DNA from: a virus
Lineage: Duplodnaviria; Heunggongvirae; Uroviricota; Caudoviricetes
Virus record (IMG/VR): IMGVR_UViG_3300033143_002040
Span: 1 to 35,711 of that record
Reading direction: 5' to 3' (one strand)
Length of the DNA: 35,711 nucleotides
Position numbers and translations under genes: made by a program. This document shows, in pieces, positions 18,179-27,139 of this stretch. The first letter of the stretch is position 1; each line of letters starts with the position of its first letter. The notes beneath the pieces were generated by a model. The model worked only from the letters and a program-made list of their open reading frames with translations. It searched no databases and was not told the origin of the DNA.

Positions 18179-18185
18179 ATTTATC
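18178..18185 (-). promoter_or_regulatory. GATAAATA late-type promoter box of the sulfotransferase
   Basis: The minus strand reads GATAAATA-tgtat-ATG. Confidence 0.6.
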
Positions 18186-18309
18186 TATGCATATTATTAG
18201 CTGTTAATATAAATGACGAGTACCAAGAATAGCTGTTGGTCAGCGGTGTGTAGTTACTAGTATACATTCCTGTCGTCATGCTATTTACATAGCACCCGTC
18301 GCTATATAA

Positions 18310-18317
18310 TATTTATC
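18310..18317 (-). promoter_or_regulatory. GATAAATA late-type promoter box
   Basis: Lies just past the phoH stop, on the minus strand. Confidence 0.5.
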
Positions 18318-18323
18318 ATATAG

Positions 18324-19049
18324 TCAATCTGCATCCCCATAACAGCGTAAAACCTCCTCCACTATAGGGTCGCGTTCGATATGATCCCGTGTGAAGTTAG
18401 TCAGCGAAATGGTGTGTGAATTGCTGACCTTAAGTTTCTTAAAGAAATCGTGTAAACCATTTTCCCTCCTTAAGTCGGACTGATTCAAGTCTCCTGTGAT
18501 ATACATGCGTGTACCATCACCAATGCGGGTTAGAGCCATCTTCATTTGTGCTGATGTAGTGTTTTGTGCCTCGTCAAAAATAATGACACAATCTTTGAAA
18601 GTTCGGCCTCTCATAAAAGCAAGCGGACAAATCTCAATTGTGCCTTCTTCAAGCATTAGTGAAATCTCTTTAGGGCTATAATATTCCTCAAATACATCCA
18701 TAAGTGGACGTACCCAAGGAGCCATCTTTTTATTAATGTCGCCAGGCAAAAATCCGTGATCTTCGTCTACGGTAACTGCTGGGCGCGTAATGACCACGCG
18801 TGATACGTGACCATTCATAAATTCTTGTACTGCTTTTTGTACTGCTAGGTAGGTCTTGCCCGTTCCTGCGGGTCCTGTTGCGAACACAATACGTTGACTT
18901 TGATCGTGTAGATTCGCGATGTATTCCTCTTGTGCAATATTGCGAGGAATTAGTTTTACATAGTTCTTACGTTTTTGATTGATCTCCTTCCGTGGTTCTT
19001 CTTGGATGCGAATGATGCGCCCGTTCCTTTTCTTTTTTGTTCTTGCCAT
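18324..19049 (-). CDS. phoH: PhoH-family ATPase
   Basis: PRNIAQEEY, GPAGTGKTYLA, GFLPGD, PLAFMRGRTF, DEAQN and GDLNQSD motifs. Confidence 0.96.
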   Translation of the reverse strand: MARTKKKRNGRIIRIQEEPRKEINQKRKNYVKLIPRNIAQEEYIANLHDQSQRIVFATGPAGTGKTYLAVQKAVQEFMNGHVSRVVITRPAVTVDEDHGFLPGDINKKMAPWVRPLMDVFEEYYSPKEISLMLEEGTIEICPLAFMRGRTFKDCVIIFDEAQNTTSAQMKMALTRIGDGTRMYITGDLNQSDLRRENGLHDFFKKLKVSNSHTISLTNFTRDHIERDPIVEEVLRCYGDAD

Positions 19050-19216
19050 TGGTAATTCTCCATTAAAGGCTTGTGAGTTGATGTGATGGGGTCGTAGAAC
19101 ACAGCGCCTGAAAGAATATCAAGCAAGTGTGTGGTAATTGAGAAATTGGAATATTTCATCTACAGTATTATTTAGCACTAGTCGTTTTACCAATTACCAC
19201 GTATATTACAAATTAG

Positions 19217-19224
19217 GATAAATA
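19217..19224 (+). promoter_or_regulatory. GATAAATA late-type promoter box
   Basis: Followed 5 nt later by the ATG of a 26-codon ORF. Confidence 0.55.
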
Positions 19225-19229
19225 CGTGT

Positions 19230-19310
19230 ATGAGATTAATAGAATTTACAGCTGGAAGGTCGCCGCGTGATAGCAAGCTTATCCCTGTTGGATACTGGCA
19301 AATCAATTAA
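19230..19310 (+). CDS. 26-aa micro-ORF beginning MRLIEF
   Basis: MRLIEFTAGRSPRDSKLIPVGYWQIN; leaderless geometry; N-terminus resembles MRLFEL of the 33969 gene. Confidence 0.35.
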   Translation: MRLIEFTAGRSPRDSKLIPVGYWQIN

Positions 19311-19321
19311 ATCAGGGATAC

Positions 19322-19364
19322 TATAAATAATTTGATCTACTGATAGTCAGAAAGTTGATAAATA
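19322..19364 (+). promoter_or_regulatory. Tandem late-type boxes TATAAATA (19322) and GATAAATA (19357)
   Basis: The exact T4 late consensus plus a variant, upstream of the 19390 gene. Confidence 0.65.
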
Positions 19365-19389
19365 ACAGTATAATTTAAAGAGACATATA

Positions 19390-19977
19390 ATGCCAAAGAA
19401 AGTAAATGAAATCATGGCGCTTCTAAAGCGAGTTGGCGGAGAATCAACTTCTCTAGACATGCTTATGGAGATGGAAAAGACATTCGACAATGCTAATCTG
19501 TATGCTTATAGGAACTGGTTAGATGGAGAGTTAGTCGAAGGTCCGACTATTGATCGTTATTGGTTTACGACAATGTGGATGTACCCGCACAAAATGATGC
19601 CTGATCCTGCAGGAAGTTTGCGCTTAATCAAGTATGGTTGTAAAGTATCATTTGCACAAGACACACTACTCGAACCAAAGAGTGTTAAGAATCCAGAAAC
19701 GGATCTTAAGGGCGGATATTCTAACGAACGCAAACAAGCAAAGATTTTAGAAAAGCCTGTATGGTTAGTACAAATTGAAATGCCTCGTAAGTTTGTAGAT
19801 GAAGCACATGACGCACTTCTACAATTTGAGGATGACGAAATTGATATGGATGACATTAACGCTGCATACGATGAAGACTTAGATAATAATGAAGAATCTA
19901 AAGAGCAAGACGTAAGTGCGGAGACAGATGCGCGTGAAGCAGAGTTTGATGAATTCGCAGGCGAGGAACAAGTATAA
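19390..19977 (+). CDS. Hypothetical late-region protein with an acidic tail
   Basis: 195 aa; NLYAYRNWLDGELVEGP...MPDPAG core and a very acidic C-terminus. Confidence 0.8.
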   Translation: MPKKVNEIMALLKRVGGESTSLDMLMEMEKTFDNANLYAYRNWLDGELVEGPTIDRYWFTTMWMYPHKMMPDPAGSLRLIKYGCKVSFAQDTLLEPKSVKNPETDLKGGYSNERKQAKILEKPVWLVQIEMPRKFVDEAHDALLQFEDDEIDMDDINAAYDEDLDNNEESKEQDVSAETDAREAEFDEFAGEEQV

Positions 19978-20162
19978 TGAACGATATGCGCAAACTAATG
20001 GAAGCGGTTGATGAGCTAGAAGAAGCTACAGGCCCACTTGAAGGTGAGGCAACACATGTTGCTTTTATTGATGGATATATAGCAGGATGTGATAGTGGAG
20101 ACAGGTCTATGGAAGCGGCTAGAAATGCATACAAAGTATGGTTTCATAGACAGCAAGGTTAA
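19977..20162 (+). CDS. Small protein with the MNDMRKLMEAV leader (putative internal head protein)
   Basis: The first 11 aa are nearly identical to those of the 33225 gene. Confidence 0.65.
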   Translation: MNDMRKLMEAVDELEEATGPLEGEATHVAFIDGYIAGCDSGDRSMEAARNAYKVWFHRQQG

Positions 20163-20165
20163 TAT

Positions 20166-20831
20166 ATGAATTACAAAGCACATTACAACACGCTGATTGA
20201 GCGAGCTAGAACAAGATTGCTAGAAGGTTATTCAGAACGACATCATGTTGTTCCTGTGTGCATGGGTGGCGGGAATGAAACTGAAAACATTGTTCGCCTT
20301 ACTGCGGCAGAACATTATGTTGCTCATCAATTGCTTGTTAAGATTTATCCTGATAATTCGCGACTAGCTAAAGCAGCATATATGATGACTGTGGATAACA
20401 ATGGCGAACGTGTTACTAATCGTCTATATGGCTGGCTCAAGGAAAAAAATTCAAAAGCACAATCAAAATTAATGACTGGCAGCATTCCGTGGAATAAAGG
20501 AAAAAATAATGCATATTCCGCAGAATCAAAAGATAAAATTTCCAAAAGTTTAAAAATATACCATGCGAACAACGATCATCAGCGCGGTATGTTAGGAAAA
20601 AAACATACTGAAGAAACTAAAATAAAAATGTCAGAATCTAGAACCGGCAAGAGTAATGCGTTCTATGGAAAAAAACATACTGAAGAAACAAAACAAAAAA
20701 TATCCAAGGCTTTGAAAGGAAAAGTTGGATGGTTCAATAATGGCTGTGAAGAATGTTACGTAAAGATTAATTCGGCCCCTGCAGGTTGGATACGTGGCCG
20801 AACTTGCAAAACATTAAAGGAGAAAATATAA
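20166..20831 (+). mobile_element. Free-standing HNH homing endonuclease with NUMOD3 repeats
   Basis: YSERHHVVP...VRLTAAEHYVAHQLL and two GKKHTEETKxKxS repeats. Confidence 0.88.
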
Positions 20832-20832
20832 T

Positions 20833-21558
20833 ATGGGCCTCAGGTACCTGGAACTTTCTGGAATGATTTTACCCCTCATATCAGTAGACGAATTTACTCC
20901 GAAGATGGGAACTACAGAAGAAGTTATTGTAATTTCATTCTTTTGTAAAGATGAACTGCCTGCATTTGATCTAGATGAATTCATTGACAAGAGTGTTATT
21001 GAATTTCTAGATAGCGAAGTTAGTCCGAATCCTAATGAAGACGGCTTGTATCTTGTGTTTATCGAATTCAAACGTCAACCTAATTTCTGGCTTAAACTTT
21101 ATGATCTTGTAAAAGACATAGAAAACGTAACTGACAAACTCAACTGGAAAGTACAACCTTACTTAGTTGACAAACTGTATGATCTTAGCGATCCTGAATT
21201 ACACGATGTAGTCATTACAAAAAAACAATCATATGTTCCTCGTCAAGAATTTGAACAAACAGTAGAATCATATTTTCAAGATAGTGATTTGCTAACGTTT
21301 GAAGCAGACGATACACATATCAAAATTGGTGGTGCTGGCGTACAATGGGTATTTGAATTCGTTGGCTTTGGCACAACAGACAATATGGTTAAACGACTTA
21401 GACTAAATGAACAACACATAGACCTCATGCACACATCAATGGCGCTTGGTTCCTTGCGAGGAATGCTGGGCGGTAACTGGGAAATTCAGACAATTGGTGA
21501 TTTCTACTTTTTGAATAAAGTAGGCAATGAGAGAAGTGTAGTTCTAAGGAGTCAATAA
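20833..21558 (+). CDS. Hypothetical late-region protein
   Basis: 241-aa ORF with an AGGAG SD. Confidence 0.8.
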   Translation: MGLRYLELSGMILPLISVDEFTPKMGTTEEVIVISFFCKDELPAFDLDEFIDKSVIEFLDSEVSPNPNEDGLYLVFIEFKRQPNFWLKLYDLVKDIENVTDKLNWKVQPYLVDKLYDLSDPELHDVVITKKQSYVPRQEFEQTVESYFQDSDLLTFEADDTHIKIGGAGVQWVFEFVGFGTTDNMVKRLRLNEQHIDLMHTSMALGSLRGMLGGNWEIQTIGDFYFLNKVGNERSVVLRSQ

Positions 21559-22004
21559 TGCTTAATAAACACAGACAACGAGGTTTTGGCGGGATTGCAA
21601 TGTATATGGGAATTGTTTTACTTATAGTTCTTGCAGGTTCTGCAACATATTTCAAATGGTCTCAGGACAAACTAGCAGAAGCTAATCAATTAGTTGCTGT
21701 AGAAAAAGCTGGGCGCGCATCTGCTGAGGCAAATCTTACGTTCTTGCAAGAAAGTCATCGCAAGCAACAAGAAGCAATCGGAAGACTATCAAGTGCGTCA
21801 GCAGAAATTCGAAAAGAGCAAGAAGTGACAATTGACATTTTTGCAGAACATGATCTTCAAAGGCTTGCAGAACGTAAGCCTGGCCTGATAGAACGTCGCG
21901 TAAACAGTGCTACGGAGCGTGTATTTAATGAACTGGAAGATATTACAGATCCTATGAGTTATGTATCAAAGCCAGGCGGCGAATTCGTAAAGGATGAGAA
22001 ATAA
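21558..22004 (+). CDS. Inner-membrane spanin (Rz-like)
   Basis: N-terminal TM followed by a coiled coil, directly upstream of a lipoprotein gene. Confidence 0.75.
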   Translation: MLNKHRQRGFGGIAMYMGIVLLIVLAGSATYFKWSQDKLAEANQLVAVEKAGRASAEANLTFLQESHRKQQEAIGRLSSASAEIRKEQEVTIDIFAEHDLQRLAERKPGLIERRVNSATERVFNELEDITDPMSYVSKPGGEFVKDEK

Positions 22005-22369
22005 TGAGAATTTTACTAATTATTTCCACTTTACTATTGATTTCTGCATGTAGTGGTGTTAAAGTAGTAGACGTAAAGGCAGACGTAGTGGAGCAAACTG
22101 TTATACATCCGAATCTTCCAGCGCAATTGTCAATGCGTAAAGTAGATTGGACTGTATTTAACAGAGCGAAAATTGAAAAGTTATTAGCAGATTATCCAGA
22201 TCGAGAAATTGTACTATTTGCTTTGTCTGCGAAAGGATACGAAAATCTTTCGTTGAATGTTGGCGAAATTATACGTTACGTTAAGGAACAGAAAAACGTA
22301 ATTATTTATTACATAGAAATTCTCCCAGGAGCAGATACGCTTACCGAGGAGGATAATACGAAAGAGTAA
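22004..22369 (+). CDS. Outer-membrane spanin lipoprotein (Rz1-like)
   Basis: Signal peptide with lipobox LISA-C and a Pro-containing mature region. Confidence 0.75.
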   Translation: MRILLIISTLLLISACSGVKVVDVKADVVEQTVIHPNLPAQLSMRKVDWTVFNRAKIEKLLADYPDREIVLFALSAKGYENLSLNVGEIIRYVKEQKNVIIYYIEILPGADTLTEEDNTKE

Positions 22370-22373
22370 GTTT

Positions 22374-23147
22374 ATGAACAGTAATCATTATTATGATGTA
22401 CTTGGTGTTAAGAAAAATGCATCAGCAGCAGAAATTAAAAAACAATACCGTAAACTTGCCCAAAAGTATCACCCTGATCGCAGTAGTGATCCTAACGCGA
22501 AGGAAAAATTCCAAGAAATAAATTCTGCTTATCAAACACTCAAAAATCCAGAGAAAAAAGCAGAGTACGATAATCCTCGGCAACAACAAGGCCAAGGCGG
22601 TTTTACATATACTACTAGCATGGACGGCGAAAGCTTGCACGATGCCCTTCGAAAAGCAATGGGCGGCGGCTTTCATCAGCGGCGGCATCAGCAAATGGCG
22701 CAAGTCAATATCACGCTAGAGGAAGCATTCTCTGGAACTACACGAACACTAAATGGAGAAAGTTTCAACATTCCTGCTGGAATGCGAAGTGGTAACCACT
22801 TGCAAGTTGGTGAATTTATTATCATCATTAACGTACATCGACATCACAAATTTCAACGCTCCCACGATGATCTATTAACAGGAATTGAGATTTCTGCAAT
22901 CGAAGCTATGCTCGGTGTAGAATGTGGAATTACAAATATCGACGGTAAAAAAGTAACAGTAAAAATTCCTGCAGGCATACAATATGGAAAACTTGTACGA
23001 GTTCCTGGAAAAGGAATGCCCAATCCTGAAATAAATCAGCGCGGAGATTTACTAATACAAGTGGTAATGTCAATTCCTGATGATTTGACAAATGCGGAAC
23101 GAGCAAGTATAATGAACGTTAAACATCGTAAAACATTTGATATATAG
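22374..23147 (+). CDS. dnaJ: DnaJ/CbpA-type J-domain co-chaperone (no Zn finger)
   Basis: HYYDVLGV...[12 protein letters not shown]-domain and a C-terminal domain with GKGMP...GDLLI. Confidence 0.92.
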   Translation: MNSNHYYDVLGVKKNASAAEIKKQYRKLAQKYHPDRSSDPNAKEKFQEINSAYQTLKNPEKKAEYDNPRQQQGQGGFTYTTSMDGESLHDALRKAMGGGFHQRRHQQMAQVNITLEEAFSGTTRTLNGESFNIPAGMRSGNHLQVGEFIIIINVHRHHKFQRSHDDLLTGIEISAIEAMLGVECGITNIDGKKVTVKIPAGIQYGKLVRVPGKGMPNPEINQRGDLLIQVVMSIPDDLTNAERASIMNVKHRKTFDI

Positions 23148-23156
23148 GAGAATTAA

Positions 23157-25481
23157 ATGAGTCTGGGAAATAGCGAAAACGGCGACGAGCCGAATCGTAA
23201 TAATGAAGCAGTAAATAATGTCATGGAGCGAGCGCACATATTCGCTACTGAAAACTACCATGAGTACGTAACCATCGAACATTTACTGTGGTCTCTCTTG
23301 CATGAAAAAGATTTGCAAAGAATTCTTACGGACATCGGTGGCCGTCCAAATATCATTCGTAACGAAGTCGAGAATCATTTAAATACAGCTAACCTAGAAG
23401 TGCCAGTTGAAGCACAGATTGGATACACAGGTGCAGATCACACGACTGCACTAACTCGCGTATTTCAACGAGCTTTGACACAGTATATTTTCGCTGGGCG
23501 GCCAGAGATTACAACATACGGTTTACTTCTAAGCATAATGAATGAAGATCATAGTCACGCAGTTTTCTTTATACAAAAAGGAAGAATTTCGCGTAATAAA
23601 TTAGTAGAATATCTCAAAGAATACGATGGTAGTCAGAGTGACGCAGAGCTTGATGATGCGCTAGAAGAATACTGTCGCAACCTTAATGACGAATCCAAGG
23701 ACGGACTTATTGATCCGATTGTTGGTCGCGAGGAAGAAATTGCTGATACAATTGAGATATTGGCACGGCGCAAAAAGAATAATGTTTGTTATGTCGGACA
23801 CCCAGGCGTAGGTAAGACTGCACTAGCGGAAGGTCTTGCTAAAAAAATTGTTGACGGTGAAGTTCCTAAAGCACTTGAAGCTAAAGAAGTGTACAGTCTT
23901 GATATTGGCGCGCTGGTCGCTGGTACAAAGTACCGCGGCGATTTCGAGGAACGCCTAAAGAAAGTACTCAAAAGCATTCAAAAGAAAGGTAATGTAATTC
24001 TATTCATTGATGAAATACACATGATTATGGGCGCAGGCACAGCATCACAGGGTACAATGGACGCAGGAAACATTCTCAAACCTATGCTAGCAAAGGGAGA
24101 ATTACGCTGCATCGGTGCTACAACATTCGATGAATACGAGACTCACTTTGAAAAAGACAAAGCACTTAAGCGTAGATTCGGTAAGTATGAAGTAAAAGAG
24201 CCGAGTGTAAAGAATACTAAGCGAATTCTCAAAGGACTCGCAAAATACTATGAAAAATTTCATGGCGTGAAGTATGAAAAAGGCACACTCATCGCGGCTG
24301 TTGACTTATCCGAACGTTATATGAAGAATAAATTTCGACCTGACAAAGCAATTGACATCATGGATTTGGCTGGAGCTAAGGCTAAGCTTGCAGACGAACC
24401 AGTAGTTGATATGGATATGATTATCAAAACTACTTCTAAGCTTGCAAAGATTCCTACAGATATGATTGACATTAGAGAAAATGATGCCATCTCAACTCTG
24501 AATTCCAAACTCAAAGATCGTGTATATGGTCAGGCAACAGCAATTGAAACTTTAGTAGAAGCTATTGAAATCAGTAAGAGTGGCTTACGTGATGAATGCA
24601 AGCCAATCGGTTCTTATCTCTTACTTGGTCCTACTGGAGTCGGCAAAACTTATCTTGCAAAAGAATTATCTGAGGCACTCGGTGTTGAACTTGTTCGGTT
24701 CGATATGTCTGAATACCAAGAGAAACACTCTGTTTCTAAATTGATCGGAGCTCCTCCAGGTTATGTTGGGCACGGCGAAGGTGAGGCTGGCAGTGGACAG
24801 TTGATTAATAAAGTCGAAAACAATCCGAACTGCGTATTGCTACTTGATGAAATTGAAAAAGCAGCACCAGAAGTTACACAAGTACTTCTACAGGTTATGG
24901 ATGATGGTCGTTTGACTAGCAGCACAGGCAAAACGATTGATTTTACAAACGTAATACTCTTAATGTCATCTAATTTAGGTGCAGCAGAGGGTGAGAAACT
25001 TAATATCGGATTCGGGGATCAAGAAAAAGTTGGCGAAGATGATGCAGCAGTTAAACGTTTCTTCGCACCTGAGTTCCGCAATAGAATAGACGGCATAATC
25101 AAGTTTAACAAACTTGGCATTGACGAAATGAAGCTTATTGTTAGTCGAGAAATCGACAAACTAAATGATATGCTTGCTGACAAGAAAATTTCTGTAACTT
25201 GTATGGCAGCAGCTAAGAAATTACTCGCAACAGAAGGCTACGATCCAAAAATGGGTGCAAGGCCAATGGCAAGATTGATTCAAGAAAAAGTCAAAAAGCC
25301 AATTTCGAAAGAGATTTTGTTTGGTGATTTACAGAATGGCGGTAGAGTTAAGGTCGGTGTTGAAGACGGTGAATTGAGTCTAACAATAACTCCTGCGAAA
25401 GTAGCACTAATCGCGCCAACTGTTGATGAAGTATTAGTAAACGAAGTAACAATTAACAAAGAGAACCCCACACAAGACTGA
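23157..25481 (+). CDS. clpA: ClpA-type ATP-dependent unfoldase subunit
   Basis: Clp N-domain, D1 [14 protein letters not shown]2 [15 protein letters not shown], pore loop GYVG and IGF ClpP-docking loop. No ClpB middle domain. Confidence 0.93.
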   Translation: MSLGNSENGDEPNRNNEAVNNVMERAHIFATENYHEYVTIEHLLWSLLHEKDLQRILTDIGGRPNIIRNEVENHLNTANLEVPVEAQIGYTGADHTTALTRVFQRALTQYIFAGRPEITTYGLLLSIMNEDHSHAVFFIQKGRISRNKLVEYLKEYDGSQSDAELDDALEEYCRNLNDESKDGLIDPIVGREEEIADTIEILARRKKNNVCYVGHPGVGKTALAEGLAKKIVDGEVPKALEAKEVYSLDIGALVAGTKYRGDFEERLKKVLKSIQKKGNVILFIDEIHMIMGAGTASQGTMDAGNILKPMLAKGELRCIGATTFDEYETHFEKDKALKRRFGKYEVKEPSVKNTKRILKGLAKYYEKFHGVKYEKGTLIAAVDLSERYMKNKFRPDKAIDIMDLAGAKAKLADEPVVDMDMIIKTTSKLAKIPTDMIDIRENDAISTLNSKLKDRVYGQATAIETLVEAIEISKSGLRDECKPIGSYLLLGPTGVGKTYLAKELSEALGVELVRFDMSEYQEKHSVSKLIGAPPGYVGHGEGEAGSGQLINKVENNPNCVLLLDEIEKAAPEVTQVLLQVMDDGRLTSSTGKTIDFTNVILLMSSNLGAAEGEKLNIGFGDQEKVGEDDAAVKRFFAPEFRNRIDGIIKFNKLGIDEMKLIVSREIDKLNDMLADKKISVTCMAAAKKLLATEGYDPKMGARPMARLIQEKVKKPISKEILFGDLQNGGRVKVGVEDGELSLTITPAKVALIAPTVDEVLVNEVTINKENPTQD

Positions 25482-25507
25482 CCTCCTATTCGTCAAGCTG
25501 TGGTCCA

Positions 25508-25537
25508 GGATAGCCTTTCGGGGCTATCCTTTTTTTT
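25508..25537 (+). terminator. Rho-independent terminator
   Basis: GGATAGCCT-TTCG-GGGCTATCC followed by T8. Confidence 0.9.
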
Positions 25538-25549
25538 GCGCGTCTTTTT

Positions 25550-25557
25550 GATAAATA
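25550..25557 (+). promoter_or_regulatory. GATAAATA late-type promoter box
   Basis: Lies right after the terminator and before the structural block. Confidence 0.65.
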
Positions 25558-25587
25558 CTAACAATACTAAGCGTAATAGGAAAAATT

Positions 25588-26037
25588 ATGGCAGTCACAC
25601 CAGCTAGAAAATCAGTTTTAATGATGACCAATACAGGACGAAATCATAATCTGACAGGCGATAAAATTCGTGCTGATGGATATTATGGTCGCACCGATGG
25701 CATACACACAGTACAGGTTGTTGTTGCTAATTTCACAGGCAGCTTCGGAATACAAGGCACGTTAGCAACTGAGCCAGATGAAGCTGATTGGTTCGATATT
25801 AATGTGAATGTCAATCAAAATGTATCTAGCGCAAGCCCATATGCATCATTTCCTGTTAACCCAGCAGCACCAACAAACCCAGGCGGCAACGGTGATGATG
25901 CTACCTTAGCATTCACTTTCGTAGGCAATTTTGTATATCTACGTGCAATACTTGATCGAAGCACAATCACAGAACCATCTGAGCTAGCAGCAGTAACAGA
26001 ATTAGGAGTAATTAGTAAAGTATTATTGAGTATGTAA
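25588..26037 (+). CDS. Putative virion structural protein (beta-rich)
   Basis: 149 aa, first gene after a late box. Confidence 0.65.
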   Translation: MAVTPARKSVLMMTNTGRNHNLTGDKIRADGYYGRTDGIHTVQVVVANFTGSFGIQGTLATEPDEADWFDINVNVNQNVSSASPYASFPVNPAAPTNPGGNGDDATLAFTFVGNFVYLRAILDRSTITEPSELAAVTELGVISKVLLSM

Positions 26038-26047
26038 GGAGAACATA

Positions 26048-26275
26048 ATGGCACATGAGAGCGAAGCAGAGGCATTAGGTAAGGCAGCATTTATAGCAGG
26101 TAAAACGAGACAACCGATGAAAGATCATGCACTTGTAAAATTGTTACAAGGACATGGATCAGAAGATCATCACCCAAATTCGCCTGGAGCAGAAATGTCT
26201 CCAGCAGAAAGGCGCATTATGGAAAGGAAAATAAACGACTGGAAACACGGCTGGGATGAAGAACGAGCAAAATAG
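26048..26275 (+). CDS. RMF (ribosome modulation factor)-like small protein, paralog 1
   Basis: LGKAAFIAGKTRQP...DWKHGWDEE, compared with RMF RGYQAGIAGRSKEMCP...QWLGGWREA. Confidence 0.45.
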   Translation: MAHESEAEALGKAAFIAGKTRQPMKDHALVKLLQGHGSEDHHPNSPGAEMSPAERRIMERKINDWKHGWDEERAK

Positions 26276-26286
26276 TTGAGATAATA

Positions 26287-26580
26287 ATGAATAACATTAA
26301 TGCGAATGGAAGAGGACGAGCATCATACGGCAGAGGCAAAGCACGCCAACCTATGAACGATACACGGTTTGTAAGACTGATGTATGCAGAAGTCGAAGGA
26401 AGCGACGATAATCCCCGTGAAGTTAAAGCGCATTATATTACAGAATGGAAGAATGGTTGGAATGAGGCTAAGACAGAAAATACAAAATCAGTTGCTAGCA
26501 AGACGGCAAGCAAAGCTAAGAAAAAAGCTAAAAAGAAATCAAAAAGAAGGCTAAATAATGACACATCACATAGTTTATGA
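26287..26580 (+). CDS. RMF-like small protein, paralog 2, with a basic tail
   Basis: RGRASYGRGKARQP...EWKNGWNEA. Confidence 0.45.
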   Translation: MNNINANGRGRASYGRGKARQPMNDTRFVRLMYAEVEGSDDNPREVKAHYITEWKNGWNEAKTENTKSVASKTASKAKKKAKKKSKRRLNNDTSHSL

Positions 26581-27139
26581 AACTAAATGTCTAATATCAA
26601 ACAAAATATATGTGGGTTGTCATACCACAGAGAACATAGATGATGGCTATTTAGGTTCAGGAAAGATATTACGTCAAGCAATCAAAAAATATGGAAAGAA
26701 AGATTTTCAACGAACAATTCTTAAAGAATTTTCTAATTCTAAGGATATGTTTGAATATGAAAATCACGTTGTAAATGAGGAATTTATAGCATTACCAAAT
26801 ACATATAATATTGTTGTCGGTGGATCAGGTGGGTTCAATGTGCAAGATAAAGAAGACTGGTTGCGAAAAATAAAAATTGCTGCTGGTAACAGAACACACA
26901 ATCCTGCGCTAGGAAACAAACATACAGAAAAAGCCAAAAAGCTTATTTCAGATGCTAATAAAAAACGAGGGCACGATCACCTTTTAATACAAGCACAACT
27001 AAAGCGGGGATCAAAGTGGTGCAATAACGGAATCAAAGAAAAAATGTTGCAGGAAATACCTGAAGGATGGGTGCAAGGACGAATCTGTAAAACATTAGGC
27101 CGTCCAAAGATACAGGAGAAGAACATTGACCAGAATTAA
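26558..27139 (+). mobile_element. Free-standing GIY-YIG (Seg-like) homing endonuclease
   Basis: IVYETKCLISNKIYVGCH...DGYLGSG and a NUMOD3-like GNKHTEKAKKLIS. Confidence 0.88.

Noticed and set aside
20166-27139. Homing endonucleases as intron- or intein-encoded
   Set aside because: The flanking genes look complete on each side with their own starts and stops. No split host gene is evident, so they are treated as free-standing.
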